DNA from: Candidatus Sericytochromatia bacterium
Lineage (GTDB): Bacteria; Cyanobacteriota; Sericytochromatia; S15B-MN24; UBA4093
Assembly: GCA_036676985.1 (NCBI GenBank)
Contig: JAKFBU010000041.1
Coordinates: 64,001 to 128,000 of the forward strand
DNA length: 64,000 bases
Direction: 5' to 3'
The translations under genes and the position numbers were made by a program. How positions within the stretch are numbered: position 1 is the stretch's first letter; every line of letters starts with the position of its first letter. This document shows, piece by piece, positions 29,863-38,993 of this stretch. The notes below the pieces were generated by a model, which did not search any database, was not told the origin of the DNA, and saw only the letters and a program-made list of their open reading frames with translations.

Positions 29863-29894
29863 ATCTTAAACCTTCCCCCGAGCAGGAAGGTCAA
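29863..29894 (-). promoter_or_regulatory. MerR/CueR-type promoter-operator
   Basis: TTGACC-20 nt-TAAGAT with dyad ACCTTCC-N8-GGAAGGT. Confidence 0.8.
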
Positions 29895-30013
29895 CCCGGA
29901 CGCGCCGATTAGCGCCAAATGGAGCCGGGAGGCGGCGCCGAAACCCGGACCGGAAGGCCGGACCGGAGATTCCCCCGATGCGAGAAGGGCGAGGCATGTG
30001 AGAAAATGGGAGC

Positions 30014-30781
30014 ATGAGACGGCACCTTCGTTACAACGCCCAGATCGGGCGGCATAAGCCGGAGAACATCATCAACCGGGAAGCGGCGTGTCCCTTTTGC
30101 GACCGTGACCAGCTGGTCGACATCCTCGCCGAAGAGACGCCCCTCATCCTGCTCAGGAACAAGTATCCGGTCCTCGAGGACGCGTACCAGACGGTCATCA
30201 TCGAGACGGAAGAATGCGAGACCGAGCTCTCGCTCTATTCCCGCGAGCATTTACGGCAAGTGATCCGGTTCGGTACCGAGCACTGGCAACGCCTCAGCCA
30301 GTCGGGCGAGTTCGAGTCGGTGGTCTACTTCAAGAACCACGGCCCGCATTCGGGCGGCACCATCCGGCATCCGCACAGCCAGATCGTCGGGCTGCACCAC
30401 CTGGACTACCGGGCGGCGGTCGAAGCGCACCACTTCGAAGGCATCGTCATCGATCGGCAGGAGGGCATCGAGTTCAACGTCTCGACCCTGCCGCGCATGG
30501 GCTTTTCCGAGTTCAACGTGGTGCTGGAGGACTGGAGCCGGCTCGACCAGCTCGCGGACTACGTGCAGATGGCGGCGCACTACGCGTTGCACCACTTCCA
30601 TTCCCGCTGCACGAGCTACAACCTGTTCTTCTACGAGCACGGGGCGGGCATGGCGGCGAAGCTGATCCCCCGGTTCGTGGTGTCGCCCTTGTTCGTCGGC
30701 TTCTCGATCCCCCAGGTCACCGACCGGATCGAGGAGATCGCGGGGGCGGTGCGCGATCGCTACATCGAAACCGCCGGTTGA
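30014..30781 (+). CDS. DUF4931-like GalT/HIT superfamily protein
   Basis: CPFC, NKYP, FKNHGPHSGGTIRHPHSQIVG. Confidence 0.8.
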   Translation: MRRHLRYNAQIGRHKPENIINREAACPFCDRDQLVDILAEETPLILLRNKYPVLEDAYQTVIIETEECETELSLYSREHLRQVIRFGTEHWQRLSQSGEFESVVYFKNHGPHSGGTIRHPHSQIVGLHHLDYRAAVEAHHFEGIVIDRQEGIEFNVSTLPRMGFSEFNVVLEDWSRLDQLADYVQMAAHYALHHFHSRCTSYNLFFYEHGAGMAAKLIPRFVVSPLFVGFSIPQVTDRIEEIAGAVRDRYIETAG

Positions 30782-30856
30782 CGCTCAGCGTTCTCGACGC
30801 TTCCGCTTAAGATGGGGCGGAAAGACTCTTCTGGGAGAGACCAAGGAGGTGTCGGG

Positions 30857-31414
30857 ATGATGGTAGCGGAAGTCTCAGTGCGCGACCTCATGGACAAGAT
30901 GAATCAGGGGCATGCCCTCTTGATTCTCGACGTCCGGGACGGCTTCTGCGAAAGCGACCAGATGATACCGGGGGCGATCCACGTGGACGCCAAGCACCTG
31001 ACGCCGGATCTCTTCAAGCTCCCCAAGGAAGCCGAGATCGTGGTGTACGACAACGAGTCGCAGAACGAGACGGCCATCTTGGTAGCCGAGGCCCTCGTGA
31101 ACGCCGGCTTCAAGGCTAACGCGCTGGTGGGCGGCTGGGCCCAGTGGAAGAAGGCGGGGTATCCGCGGGCGCCGCGCGAGGAGGTCCTGCTGCGCCACAG
31201 CAAGAAGGCCGTGCAGGAGTTGACGGAGGCTCCGGCCGAGGCCGTGAAGCAGCCGACGCGTATCGAGCGTGGCAAGGACGTCCTCAAGGAGACGAAGCAG
31301 GAGCTGGGCAAGATGGCCGGCGAGTACGCGGAGTCGGCGCACGAGGCCCGCACGGGCGTGATGGACCTGGCGCAGAAGGCGGTGAAGCTGGTGGTGAGCT
31401 TGCTACGGAAGTAG
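30857..31414 (+). CDS. Rhodanese-like domain protein with a helical C-terminal tail
   Basis: ILDVR, IPGAIH, IVVYD, LVGGWAQW..AGYP; RBS AAGGAGGT. Confidence 0.8.
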   Translation: MMVAEVSVRDLMDKMNQGHALLILDVRDGFCESDQMIPGAIHVDAKHLTPDLFKLPKEAEIVVYDNESQNETAILVAEALVNAGFKANALVGGWAQWKKAGYPRAPREEVLLRHSKKAVQELTEAPAEAVKQPTRIERGKDVLKETKQELGKMAGEYAESAHEARTGVMDLAQKAVKLVVSLLRK

Positions 31415-31426
31415 CGGGTTGCCTTT

Positions 31427-31579
31427 ACCCCCCCTTCCCCCCCTGCCTTCGGCAAGGGGGGCTTTTTTCTAGGGACGGCCCCCTGCGGGGGCAGATTCCT
31501 TGTGAATAACTCACGTCTAAAAACCTGCGCAGCAGGACTCCCCATGCCCCCCTTGCGAAGCAGGGGGGGAAGGGGGGGT
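31427..31579. repeat. REP-doublet/MITE-like element family 1, copy A
   Basis: About 35-bp inverted arms ACCCCCCCTTCCCCCCCTGC(C)TTCG(G)CAAGGGGGGC; between convergent genes. Confidence 0.9.
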
Positions 31580-31590
31580 CAAAACGTCGG

Positions 31591-31959
31591 CTATCGCGCC
31601 GCTTCGATGGCCTCCAGCTGCTTCAACATCGTCTTGTTCGCCGCCAGCCGGTAGCTGATCATGATCAGCCGCTCGAGCTCCTCCCACGAAAAGGGCTGCT
31701 TCAGGTCCAGCGAGATCCAGCCGTGCTGCCCGATGTAGTGCGTCCGGCTGATCCGCGGATCCTCCAGGTAGTCCGGCTGCACGAACACCGGCACCTTCAC
31801 CGAGAACCCCGGATCCTCCGGGTCGTCATCCGCCCCGATGAGAAAGCACTTCTTCCCTGCCCGGTACGACGGGTGATCGTGCATCAGGTAGGCCTCCGCC
31901 CCCGGCAACGACTCGCACAGCGCCCGCACGCGGGCCATGATCTCGCTGGTCTGGCTCAT
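31591..31959 (-). CDS. MmcQ/YjbR family DNA-binding protein
   Basis: LCESLPGA..HPSYRAGKK.F, YIGQHGWISL, EELERLIMISYRL. Confidence 0.8.
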   Translation of the reverse strand: MSQTSEIMARVRALCESLPGAEAYLMHDHPSYRAGKKCFLIGADDDPEDPGFSVKVPVFVQPDYLEDPRISRTHYIGQHGWISLDLKQPFSWEELERLIMISYRLAANKTMLKQLEAIEAAR

Positions 31960-31969
31960 GTGAAACCCC

Positions 31970-32893
31970 TTACTGGCCCAGGAACAAACTCAACAGCAGC
32001 GGGCCGAAGATGATGACGAAGATGGTCGGGAAGATCAGGAACACCACCGGGAACGTGAGCTTCAAGGCGGCCTTGGCCGCCATCTCCTGGGCCCGCTGCC
32101 AGCGCGCCTCGCGCAGCATCTCGCTCTGCGTGCGCAGCGTCTTGGCGATCGACGTGCCCATCGCCTCCGCCTGCACCATGGACACGGCCACCGAGTTCAG
32201 CTCCTTGAGACCCGCGCGCTTGCCGAGCTCCCGCAAGGCCTCGGAGCGCGGACGACCGAGCTGGACCTCCTTGAGCGTCCGCTCCAGCTCGTCCCGCAAG
32301 GGATGCGGCTTGCCGAGCTCCACGACCTTGGCCATGGAGGCCTGCAACGACAGGCCCGCCTCGACGCAGGTCGTGAGCAGGTCGAGCGTCGTGGGCAGGG
32401 CCTTGATGATCTGGTTCTGACGCCGCTCGGTCTGGCTCTTGAGCTGCTGCGGCGGCAGGATGTAGCCGACGAAGACGCAGCCGATGACGCCCGCGATCAC
32501 CACCACCACATCCAGCTCCAGGATGAGCCAGTTGGCGAACACGAAGAACACCGGCAGGATGATCGCCCACATGAGCTGCCGTGCCAGGAACTGCGCGGCC
32601 GTCGTGCGGTAGTCCCCCGCGGCGTGCAGGTCGCGCAGGATGGAGACCTCCTGCTCGGGCCCCAGGCGCCGCTCGGCCATCGGCTTGAGGTAAGCCTCGA
32701 TGACCGTCAGGTACTTGCTCTTGCCCTTGGTGTCCTTCTCTTCGACCTGCTGCTCGAACTGCACGCGGCTCGCGGCCGAGCGGCCCTTCTTGAGGCGCTT
32801 CTCGACCTTGGTCTTGCCCTTGGGCTTCGCGAAGGAGAGGACGGCGATGGCGATCGCCGCGACCACGAGCAGGAAGATGAGGAACAACGTCAT
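31970..32893 (-). CDS. tadC: Tad pilus platform protein TadC
   Basis: LPTTLDLLTTCVEAGLS, G.PRSEAL, AAKAALKLTFP. Confidence 0.9.
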   Translation of the reverse strand: MTLFLIFLLVVAAIAIAVLSFAKPKGKTKVEKRLKKGRSAASRVQFEQQVEEKDTKGKSKYLTVIEAYLKPMAERRLGPEQEVSILRDLHAAGDYRTTAAQFLARQLMWAIILPVFFVFANWLILELDVVVVIAGVIGCVFVGYILPPQQLKSQTERRQNQIIKALPTTLDLLTTCVEAGLSLQASMAKVVELGKPHPLRDELERTLKEVQLGRPRSEALRELGKRAGLKELNSVAVSMVQAEAMGTSIAKTLRTQSEMLREARWQRAQEMAAKAALKLTFPVVFLIFPTIFVIIFGPLLLSLFLGQ

Positions 32894-32905
32894 GATCCCG
32901 CCCCC

Positions 32906-33772
32906 CTACACGTCGATGGCCACGATCTTGGAGACCGCGAAGCTGCCGAGGCCGATCATGACGGCACAGAAGCCGACCATGGCCCAGCCCAGGGGGTGCG
33001 TGAACAGGACGCCCATGCGCTCCGGCATGATGACGTAGAGGAGCACGTAGAGGCCCACCGGGAGCAAGGAGAGCACCGTGCCGGACATGCGCCCCTGGGT
33101 GGTCAGCGTCCGGATCTGGCCCTGCATCTTCTTGCGCTGGCGCATGGTTTCCGCGAGGTTGTCCAGGATCTCGGCCAGGTTGCCGCCCGATTGGCGCTGG
33201 ATGATGACGGCGATGCCGAAGATCTCGAGGTCGTCGTTCGGCATGCGCTCGACCCAGTTGCGGATGGCCGCGTCGAGGGCCGTGCCGACCCGCAGCTCGT
33301 GCAGGACCTCTGCCACCTCGCTCGACATGGGGTCGGAGAATTCCTCGACGACGAGCTCCAGGGCCTGCTGAACGCTGTTGCCCGCCTTCACGGCATTGGC
33401 GATCACGCCCACCATGTCGGCGAGCTGCTCCTCGAAGTCCTTGCAGTAGCGGCGCCACAGGACGTTGAGGTACTGGTCCGCGCCGAACCAGCACACCGCG
33501 GCGAACACCGCCGCGATGAAGATCCGGCCGAAGATGCCCTCGCCGAGGATGAGGCCGAAGAGCGCCGCCGACCCCGTGAGGATCTGCTGGAATCGCCCGA
33601 AGCGCTCGGTCGAGAAGGGGTTGCGCGTCTTGCGAAGCCTGTCGCCCACGTCCACCCGGTAGAGCGCCAGGCGATCGGCGATCGAGCCGCCGTACTTCTG
33701 GAACGCCAGGTACGCCATGATGGCCGCCGAGGCGGCAATCAGGAAGACGATGATGAGCAGGCGAACGTCCAT
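32906..33772 (-). CDS. tadB: Tad pilus platform protein TadB
   Basis: FEEQLAD, AVKAGNS, IQRQSGGNLAEILDNLAETMRQR. Confidence 0.9.
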   Translation of the reverse strand: MDVRLLIIVFLIAASAAIMAYLAFQKYGGSIADRLALYRVDVGDRLRKTRNPFSTERFGRFQQILTGSAALFGLILGEGIFGRIFIAAVFAAVCWFGADQYLNVLWRRYCKDFEEQLADMVGVIANAVKAGNSVQQALELVVEEFSDPMSSEVAEVLHELRVGTALDAAIRNWVERMPNDDLEIFGIAVIIQRQSGGNLAEILDNLAETMRQRKKMQGQIRTLTTQGRMSGTVLSLLPVGLYVLLYVIMPERMGVLFTHPLGWAMVGFCAVMIGLGSFAVSKIVAIDV

Positions 33773-33777
33773 CGGGC

Positions 33778-34365
33778 CTAGGGCTTCTTGGCGGCGGTCT
33801 CGAGGTAGCCCATCACGCTGGAGCGCAGGGACTCGAACTGACGGCGGGTCAGGTTCTCGTCGGCCTGGAAGGTCCTGTCGGGGAAGCCGTAGAAGATGCG
33901 CCGGGTGGTCAGAAGGTCGATGGCGGCCGCCGTCTCCTGGTCGGAGCTGCGATCGCGGAACTCGCGCGGCACCGTGAGCTTCACGCCGTCGCGGGCGTCC
34001 GACTCGACGAGAGTCACGACGTTGCGTAGGATCTGGGCCGCCTGCAGGCGGGTCACGGGTTTGCTGGGCTCGAAGACGCCGTAGCTGAAGCCGCTCACGC
34101 CCTCGAAGAGGCGATACTTGCTCTCCATCTCGTGAACCGTCTCCTTGAGCGAGCCGCCCAGGTCCATGTACAGGAGGATGCTCTCCTTGGGGCTCTTGAG
34201 GTCACGCTTGAACGTGTCCTCGTAGTGATAGATCCAGCGCGCGACGCTCTGGACGAACTCCCCGCGCGTCACCGGCGCGCTCACGGCGTACTCGGCCGCA
34301 GGAGCCGCCACCGCAGCGGGGGCGACCATCCCGAAACCCAACAGCGCCAAGGCCAACCAACGCAT
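33778..34365 (-). CDS. Secreted S-layer homology (SLH) domain protein within the Tad operon
   Basis: Signal peptide; VTRGEF, PVTRLQAA, GFPDRTFQADENLTR. Confidence 0.8.
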   Translation of the reverse strand: MRWLALALLGFGMVAPAAVAAPAAEYAVSAPVTRGEFVQSVARWIYHYEDTFKRDLKSPKESILLYMDLGGSLKETVHEMESKYRLFEGVSGFSYGVFEPSKPVTRLQAAQILRNVVTLVESDARDGVKLTVPREFRDRSSDQETAAAIDLLTTRRIFYGFPDRTFQADENLTRRQFESLRSSVMGYLETAAKKP

Positions 34366-34377
34366 CCAAGTCCTCCT

Positions 34378-36549
34378 CTAGGCGAAGCGCATGCCGCCAG
34401 GCCCGAACTGCAAGCCCACCCGGGCGAACTGGTCCGCGGCATGGGGCACCAAGCCCGTATAACGGAAACTACCGACCACCCGACCCCGGTCGTCGAGGCC
34501 CTCCTGGTCGTAGGCGAACAGGTCCTGCATCACGATGACGTCCCCCTCCATGCCGGAGACCTCGGAGATGCGGACGATCTTTCGCGAACCGTCCTTGAGG
34601 CGGCTGATCTGGACGATCACCTGGATCGCCGAGGCGATCTGCTCACGGATGGCACGGCTCGGCAGCTCGACGCCGCTCATGAGGACCATGGTCTCCAGGC
34701 GGGACAGGGCGTCGCGCGGCGTGTTGGCGTGGCCGGTGGCCAGGCTGCCGTCGTGGCCCGTGTTCATGGCCTGCAGCATGTCGAGGGCCTCGCCCCCGCG
34801 CACCTCACCCACGATGATCCGGTCGGGACGCATACGCAGGCTGTTGCGCACCAGGTCGCGGATGGTGATGGCGCCCGAGCCCTCCAGGTTGGGGGGCCGA
34901 CTCTCCAGCGAGATGACGTGCTCCTGGTGGAGCTTCAGCTCGGCGGCGTCCTCGATGGTCACGATGCGCTCGTCCGCGGGGATGAAGCCCGACAGCACGT
35001 TCAAGAGCGTGGTCTTACCGGACCCGGTGCCGCCCGAGATGAAGACGTTCAGCTTCGCGAGGATCGAGCAGCGCAGGAAGTGCGCCATGTCCTGGTTCAG
35101 GCTCCCGTACTTCACCAGGTCGTCGATGCCGAGCCGGTAGTTGGGGAACTTTCGGATGGTCACCGTCGAGCCCGTGAGCGCCAAGGGCGGCACGATGACG
35201 TTGACGCGGCTGCCGTCCGGCAATCGGGCGTCGCACATGGGCGAGCTCTCGTCCACGCGGCGGCCGATGGGCGCCACGATGCGGTCGATGATGACGCGGA
35301 GCTGCTTCTCGTCGGTGAAGCCGTCCGGCACCCGCGTCAGCTTGCCGCTGCGCTCCACGTAGATCGTCTTGGGACCGTTGACCATGACCTCGGTGACGGC
35401 CGGATCGCCCAGGTACCGCTCCAGGGGGCCGAAGCCCACGGCCTCGTCGGCAATCGCGTTGATGAAGGCGACCCGCTCCTGGCGGCCCTTGAGGGGGACC
35501 TCCTCCATCTGCTCGAGGATCTCGGCGATGACCTCCAGCACCTTGGAACGGATCTCGCCCTTGCGCGCGGGGTCGGCCAGGTACTCCAGGGACAGGTTGA
35601 AGCGCTTGAGGGCCTCCACCAGCTCCTTGTGGACCTCGCGCTTGAAGTCGTCCAACTCGGCGTCCTCGGGCACGCCCTGGTGCGGGACGACGGCCGTGAC
35701 CTCGGTCTCGGTCGCCGCCGGAACCGGAGCGGCGGGAGTCGAGGCGCCCTGTAGGGGAGCCTGCGGGGTCGCGGGGGCGGTCGCCCTTGCGAGCACGCCC
35801 TGGGCGGCGGTGAGCAGGTTGCCCGCGGGCAGGGCCAGGGCCTTGGCGCCCAGTTGCAAGATGCCCGCCGAGACTGGGTGGTTGGGCTGCTTGAGGACGA
35901 TGGGCTCGCCGCGGTTGAGCGAGCTCACGACCGCGCCGCTCGAGGGGATCTGCCCGATGATGGGGCGCTCCAGGTGCTCCTCCAGGTCGTCGGCCGTGAT
36001 CTCGCCGACCGAGCCTGCGCGGTTCATGACCACCTGGATCTTCTCCAGGGGGAAGCGCAGGGCGCGGGCCTGCTCGATGGCGGCCTTGGAGGCGTTGAGG
36101 GTCGTGATGTCGGGCGGCACCACCATGAGCACCACCGAGGCCATGTCGAAGAGCGCCACCATGGCCTCGTGGCCGAGGCTCGGGAAGGTCGTGTCGACGA
36201 TGAGGAGCTCGAACTGCTTGGCCAGATCCCGGGCCATGGCGGCCACGTGGTGGGCCCGCGGGTCCAGGAGGTCCGTGAGCGGCGGGGCGGGCAAGAGCGA
36301 GACGCCCGAGGGATGCGGGGTGAGCACGTCGTCCAGGGACTTGGAGCCCCGGATCACGTCCGCCCAAGAGCCCGGCGCGGGCTCGAGGTCCAGGTACGAG
36401 GCCTGGGATCCGCCGCCCATCCAGTCCAGGTCCCACAAGAGGGTGGGGCGCTTGGTGCGCTTGGCGATCGCCACGGCCAGGTTGCCGGCCGTCACCGACC
36501 GTCCCAGGCCTCCCTTGGCGCCAAAGACCAGAATCAGGCGGCTAGGCAT
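34378..36549 (-). CDS. cpaF: Fused CpaE/TadZ (MinD-like) and CpaF/TadA pilus ATPase
   Basis: N-terminal GAKGGLGRS and LIVDT; C-terminal [32 protein letters not shown]. Confidence 0.9.
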   Translation of the reverse strand: MPSRLILVFGAKGGLGRSVTAGNLAVAIAKRTKRPTLLWDLDWMGGGSQASYLDLEPAPGSWADVIRGSKSLDDVLTPHPSGVSLLPAPPLTDLLDPRAHHVAAMARDLAKQFELLIVDTTFPSLGHEAMVALFDMASVVLMVVPPDITTLNASKAAIEQARALRFPLEKIQVVMNRAGSVGEITADDLEEHLERPIIGQIPSSGAVVSSLNRGEPIVLKQPNHPVSAGILQLGAKALALPAGNLLTAAQGVLARATAPATPQAPLQGASTPAAPVPAATETEVTAVVPHQGVPEDAELDDFKREVHKELVEALKRFNLSLEYLADPARKGEIRSKVLEVIAEILEQMEEVPLKGRQERVAFINAIADEAVGFGPLERYLGDPAVTEVMVNGPKTIYVERSGKLTRVPDGFTDEKQLRVIIDRIVAPIGRRVDESSPMCDARLPDGSRVNVIVPPLALTGSTVTIRKFPNYRLGIDDLVKYGSLNQDMAHFLRCSILAKLNVFISGGTGSGKTTLLNVLSGFIPADERIVTIEDAAELKLHQEHVISLESRPPNLEGSGAITIRDLVRNSLRMRPDRIIVGEVRGGEALDMLQAMNTGHDGSLATGHANTPRDALSRLETMVLMSGVELPSRAIREQIASAIQVIVQISRLKDGSRKIVRISEVSGMEGDVIVMQDLFAYDQEGLDDRGRVVGSFRYTGLVPHAADQFARVGLQFGPGGMRFA

Positions 36550-36550
36550 C

Positions 36551-37573
36551 TCACCGCTTCCCGTAGTCGTTTTCGGGCATGGCGTTGGGGTTGGTCACGA
36601 TGGTGGGCGTCAGGAGGAAGACGAGCTCCGTGTGGCTGCCGCGATCGTCATGCGTCTTGAAGAGCTCGCCCAGGAAGGGGATGCTCGACAGCAAGGGGAT
36701 GCCCGAGGTCGTCTCCTCGGTGGTGTCGGAGAGGAGGCCCGCCATGGCGATGGTCTCACCCGAGCGCAGCTGCATGTAGGACTCCGTCCAGCGGGTCGAG
36801 ATAGCGGGCACCGAGATGCCGGAGAGGGTGATGCCGTTCTGGCGGTCGATGCGCGAGACCTCGGGGCGGACGCCGAGCACGATGGTGTCGGCGCCCTCGA
36901 CCCGCGGCGTGACGGCGAGGCGGACGCCGAAGGGCTTCCACTCGATGGTGACGCTCTGGGGCAGGATGATGGGGATGGGGATCTCGCCGCCCGCCAGGAA
37001 GCTCGCGCTCGCGCCGTTGACGGCCAAGAGGGTCGGCTGCGCCAGGATCTTGGCCTTGCGCTGCTGGACCAGCATGTCGAGCTTGGCCTCGATGAGGGTC
37101 TGGCGGGTGGGCAGGCCGATCCGGAAGGGGGCGTTGGGCGGAGCCTCGATCCAGCTGACGGAGTCGCTCCAGTCCACGCCGGCCTTGGCGTCGTCGGCGC
37201 GCACGATCTCCAGCACCTTGACCCGCACGGCCACGGTCTCGGGACGGCGGTTGCTCAAGACCTCGATGTTGTAGTTGCGGACCGGTCCCTGAATGGTGCG
37301 CCCGTCCGGCCCTTTGGTGGGCGAGGGCCACACGAGAAAGTTGGTGAAGCCCGGCTTCTTGGCGCTGATCAGGAGGTCCCGGTTCTGGCCCGAGAGCGGC
37401 TTGGCGTCGATGACCTCGCCGTCGCCCACCGCCACCCGTTCGACCCCTTCGGGAACGGTGTAGACGATGGTCTGGCCCATCCGGATGACGATGTCCGGCG
37501 CTGCTGCCTGGGCGGGCAGGGCCGGAAGCATCAGGAGGAGGGTCAGGATGACGGCGAACCAGGGACGCTGCAC
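36551..37573 (-). CDS. cpaC: Tad secretin CpaC/RcpA
   Basis: VAVGDGEVID N-domain; ASFLAGGEIP, WKPFGVRL, IPLLSSIPFLGELF, TELVFLLTP. Confidence 0.88.
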   Translation of the reverse strand: MQRPWFAVILTLLLMLPALPAQAAAPDIVIRMGQTIVYTVPEGVERVAVGDGEVIDAKPLSGQNRDLLISAKKPGFTNFLVWPSPTKGPDGRTIQGPVRNYNIEVLSNRRPETVAVRVKVLEIVRADDAKAGVDWSDSVSWIEAPPNAPFRIGLPTRQTLIEAKLDMLVQQRKAKILAQPTLLAVNGASASFLAGGEIPIPIILPQSVTIEWKPFGVRLAVTPRVEGADTIVLGVRPEVSRIDRQNGITLSGISVPAISTRWTESYMQLRSGETIAMAGLLSDTTEETTSGIPLLSSIPFLGELFKTHDDRGSHTELVFLLTPTIVTNPNAMPENDYGKR

Positions 37574-37588
37574 GGTGGTACTCCTAGG

Positions 37589-38608
37589 CTACTTCTTGTG
37601 AATGAGCGTCGTGCCGCTGTAGACCTCGATGCCGGGCTTGGGCTCGACAGGCTTCGGCCTGGGCGGCTGGGGCTTGGGGCGCGCCTGGACGACCACGGGG
37701 CGCTCCTTGACGATGACCTTGGTCTGGACGGGTCGCGGCTGCGGGGCCACGGGCCGGGGGATCTTGCCCATCACGTAGCGCACGAGCTCCGCCTCGGGGA
37801 TCTCGGGGGGCGTGACGGTGGTGTCGCCCTGCTCGCGCAACGAGAGGCTCAGGTTGCCCTGCTCCTTGAGGGCGGCGAGCAGCGCCACCTTGTTGGAAGG
37901 CACGGCGAGCGTCAGCAGATCGCCGTAGGCCCCGGCCTCACCCTCGGCCTGGGGCGTCTCGTTGCTGAAGCGGTTGCCGACCGACAGCACGCGCACCCGC
38001 TGGGCGACCTTGGTCGAGAGGAAGCCGGTGTCGGTCTGGATGGTGGCCGTGAGGTCCACGTAGTCGTCCGGCTTGACCAGCGCGATGTCCTGGGCGCCCT
38101 CGGGCACGTACAGGAAGCCGCGTTCGTTGGCCTCCAGCTTGGGGGCCACGCCGGTGGCAGCAGACGCCGGGCCCACGCGCTTCTTGTGCAGGACCTCGCC
38201 CTTGACCACAGGGGCGAGGGTGATCTGGCCGAGCAGCTCCTTGGTGTCGGTGATAGCGCCGTCCGGCAGCAGGCCCTTGGGGAACTTGCGGGCCTCGATC
38301 ATGGACTCGTCGATCTGCTTGCGGGCGGGCAGGTCCTCGAGCGGCACGTAGACCTCGACCTTCTCGCCCTTGCCGGCGATGCCGTCCTCGAGGTCCGAGA
38401 GGTACGTGATGGCGAGCAGTCCCGCCACCAGGGCGATGCCCACCGAGGCGAGCAGCAGCTTTCGGTTGACGTCCATGCCCGCCAGGAGGGACTTGGACTC
38501 CTTCTTCTTGGCGGCCGGGCGCTTCTTGGTCTTGACCGTGCCCTTGACGCCCGAGCGCGCGGGCTTCTCGGGAGGCTGCTCGCGAAGCTTATCGCGTAGA
38601 TTTGCCAT
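37589..38608 (-). CDS. cpaB: Flp pilus assembly protein CpaB/RcpC
   Basis: TM, SAF-like domain, VKPDDYVDL, VRVLSVG, LSLSLR. Confidence 0.85.
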   Translation of the reverse strand: MANLRDKLREQPPEKPARSGVKGTVKTKKRPAAKKKESKSLLAGMDVNRKLLLASVGIALVAGLLAITYLSDLEDGIAGKGEKVEVYVPLEDLPARKQIDESMIEARKFPKGLLPDGAITDTKELLGQITLAPVVKGEVLHKKRVGPASAATGVAPKLEANERGFLYVPEGAQDIALVKPDDYVDLTATIQTDTGFLSTKVAQRVRVLSVGNRFSNETPQAEGEAGAYGDLLTLAVPSNKVALLAALKEQGNLSLSLREQGDTTVTPPEIPEAELVRYVMGKIPRPVAPQPRPVQTKVIVKERPVVVQARPKPQPPRPKPVEPKPGIEVYSGTTLIHKK

Positions 38609-38993
38609 GGCTCGCCTCCTCCCTCGATATCCAGACCGTCGTCTTGCGTTCTTTTCCGGCCACCACGACCCTGAGTTGCGCGTCGCCCTGCTCGTAGAGC
38701 AGAAGGGCCAAGGGGACCTTTTCGAGATCCTGGTTGAGGACGTCGTCCGCGACGGCCTCCTGCCACCCGCGCTTCGGCAGCTCGCGGCGGTAGAAGGCCA
38801 CGACCTCCTTCAAGCTCGCTTGCTGGGTCGCGATCGCCTCGGTCCCATTGCCGCGATTAGTGGCGGGACGCGGCTTGGCGCCAGGATACAGCGGTATCTT
38901 ACCCGCCGCAAGGTCTGCCGTCACACCGGCGAGCGACTTGCCGGGCGCCAGAACGAGCACCAGCGCGAGCCCCAGTCCCAACCACCGGTTCAT
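38589..38993 (-). CDS. Secreted hypothetical protein in the Tad operon
   Basis: Signal peptide; IPLYPGA, VVAFYRRELPKRGW; overlaps both neighbours. Confidence 0.7.
   Translation of the reverse strand: MNRWLGLGLALVLVLAPGKSLAGVTADLAAGKIPLYPGAKPRPATNRGNGTEAIATQQASLKEVVAFYRRELPKRGWQEAVADDVLNQDLEKVPLALLLYEQGDAQLRVVVAGKERKTTVWISREEASHGKSTR

Noticed and set aside
31501-31515. TGTGA-ATAAC-TCACG as a CRP site
   Set aside because: N5 spacing and inside a repeat element
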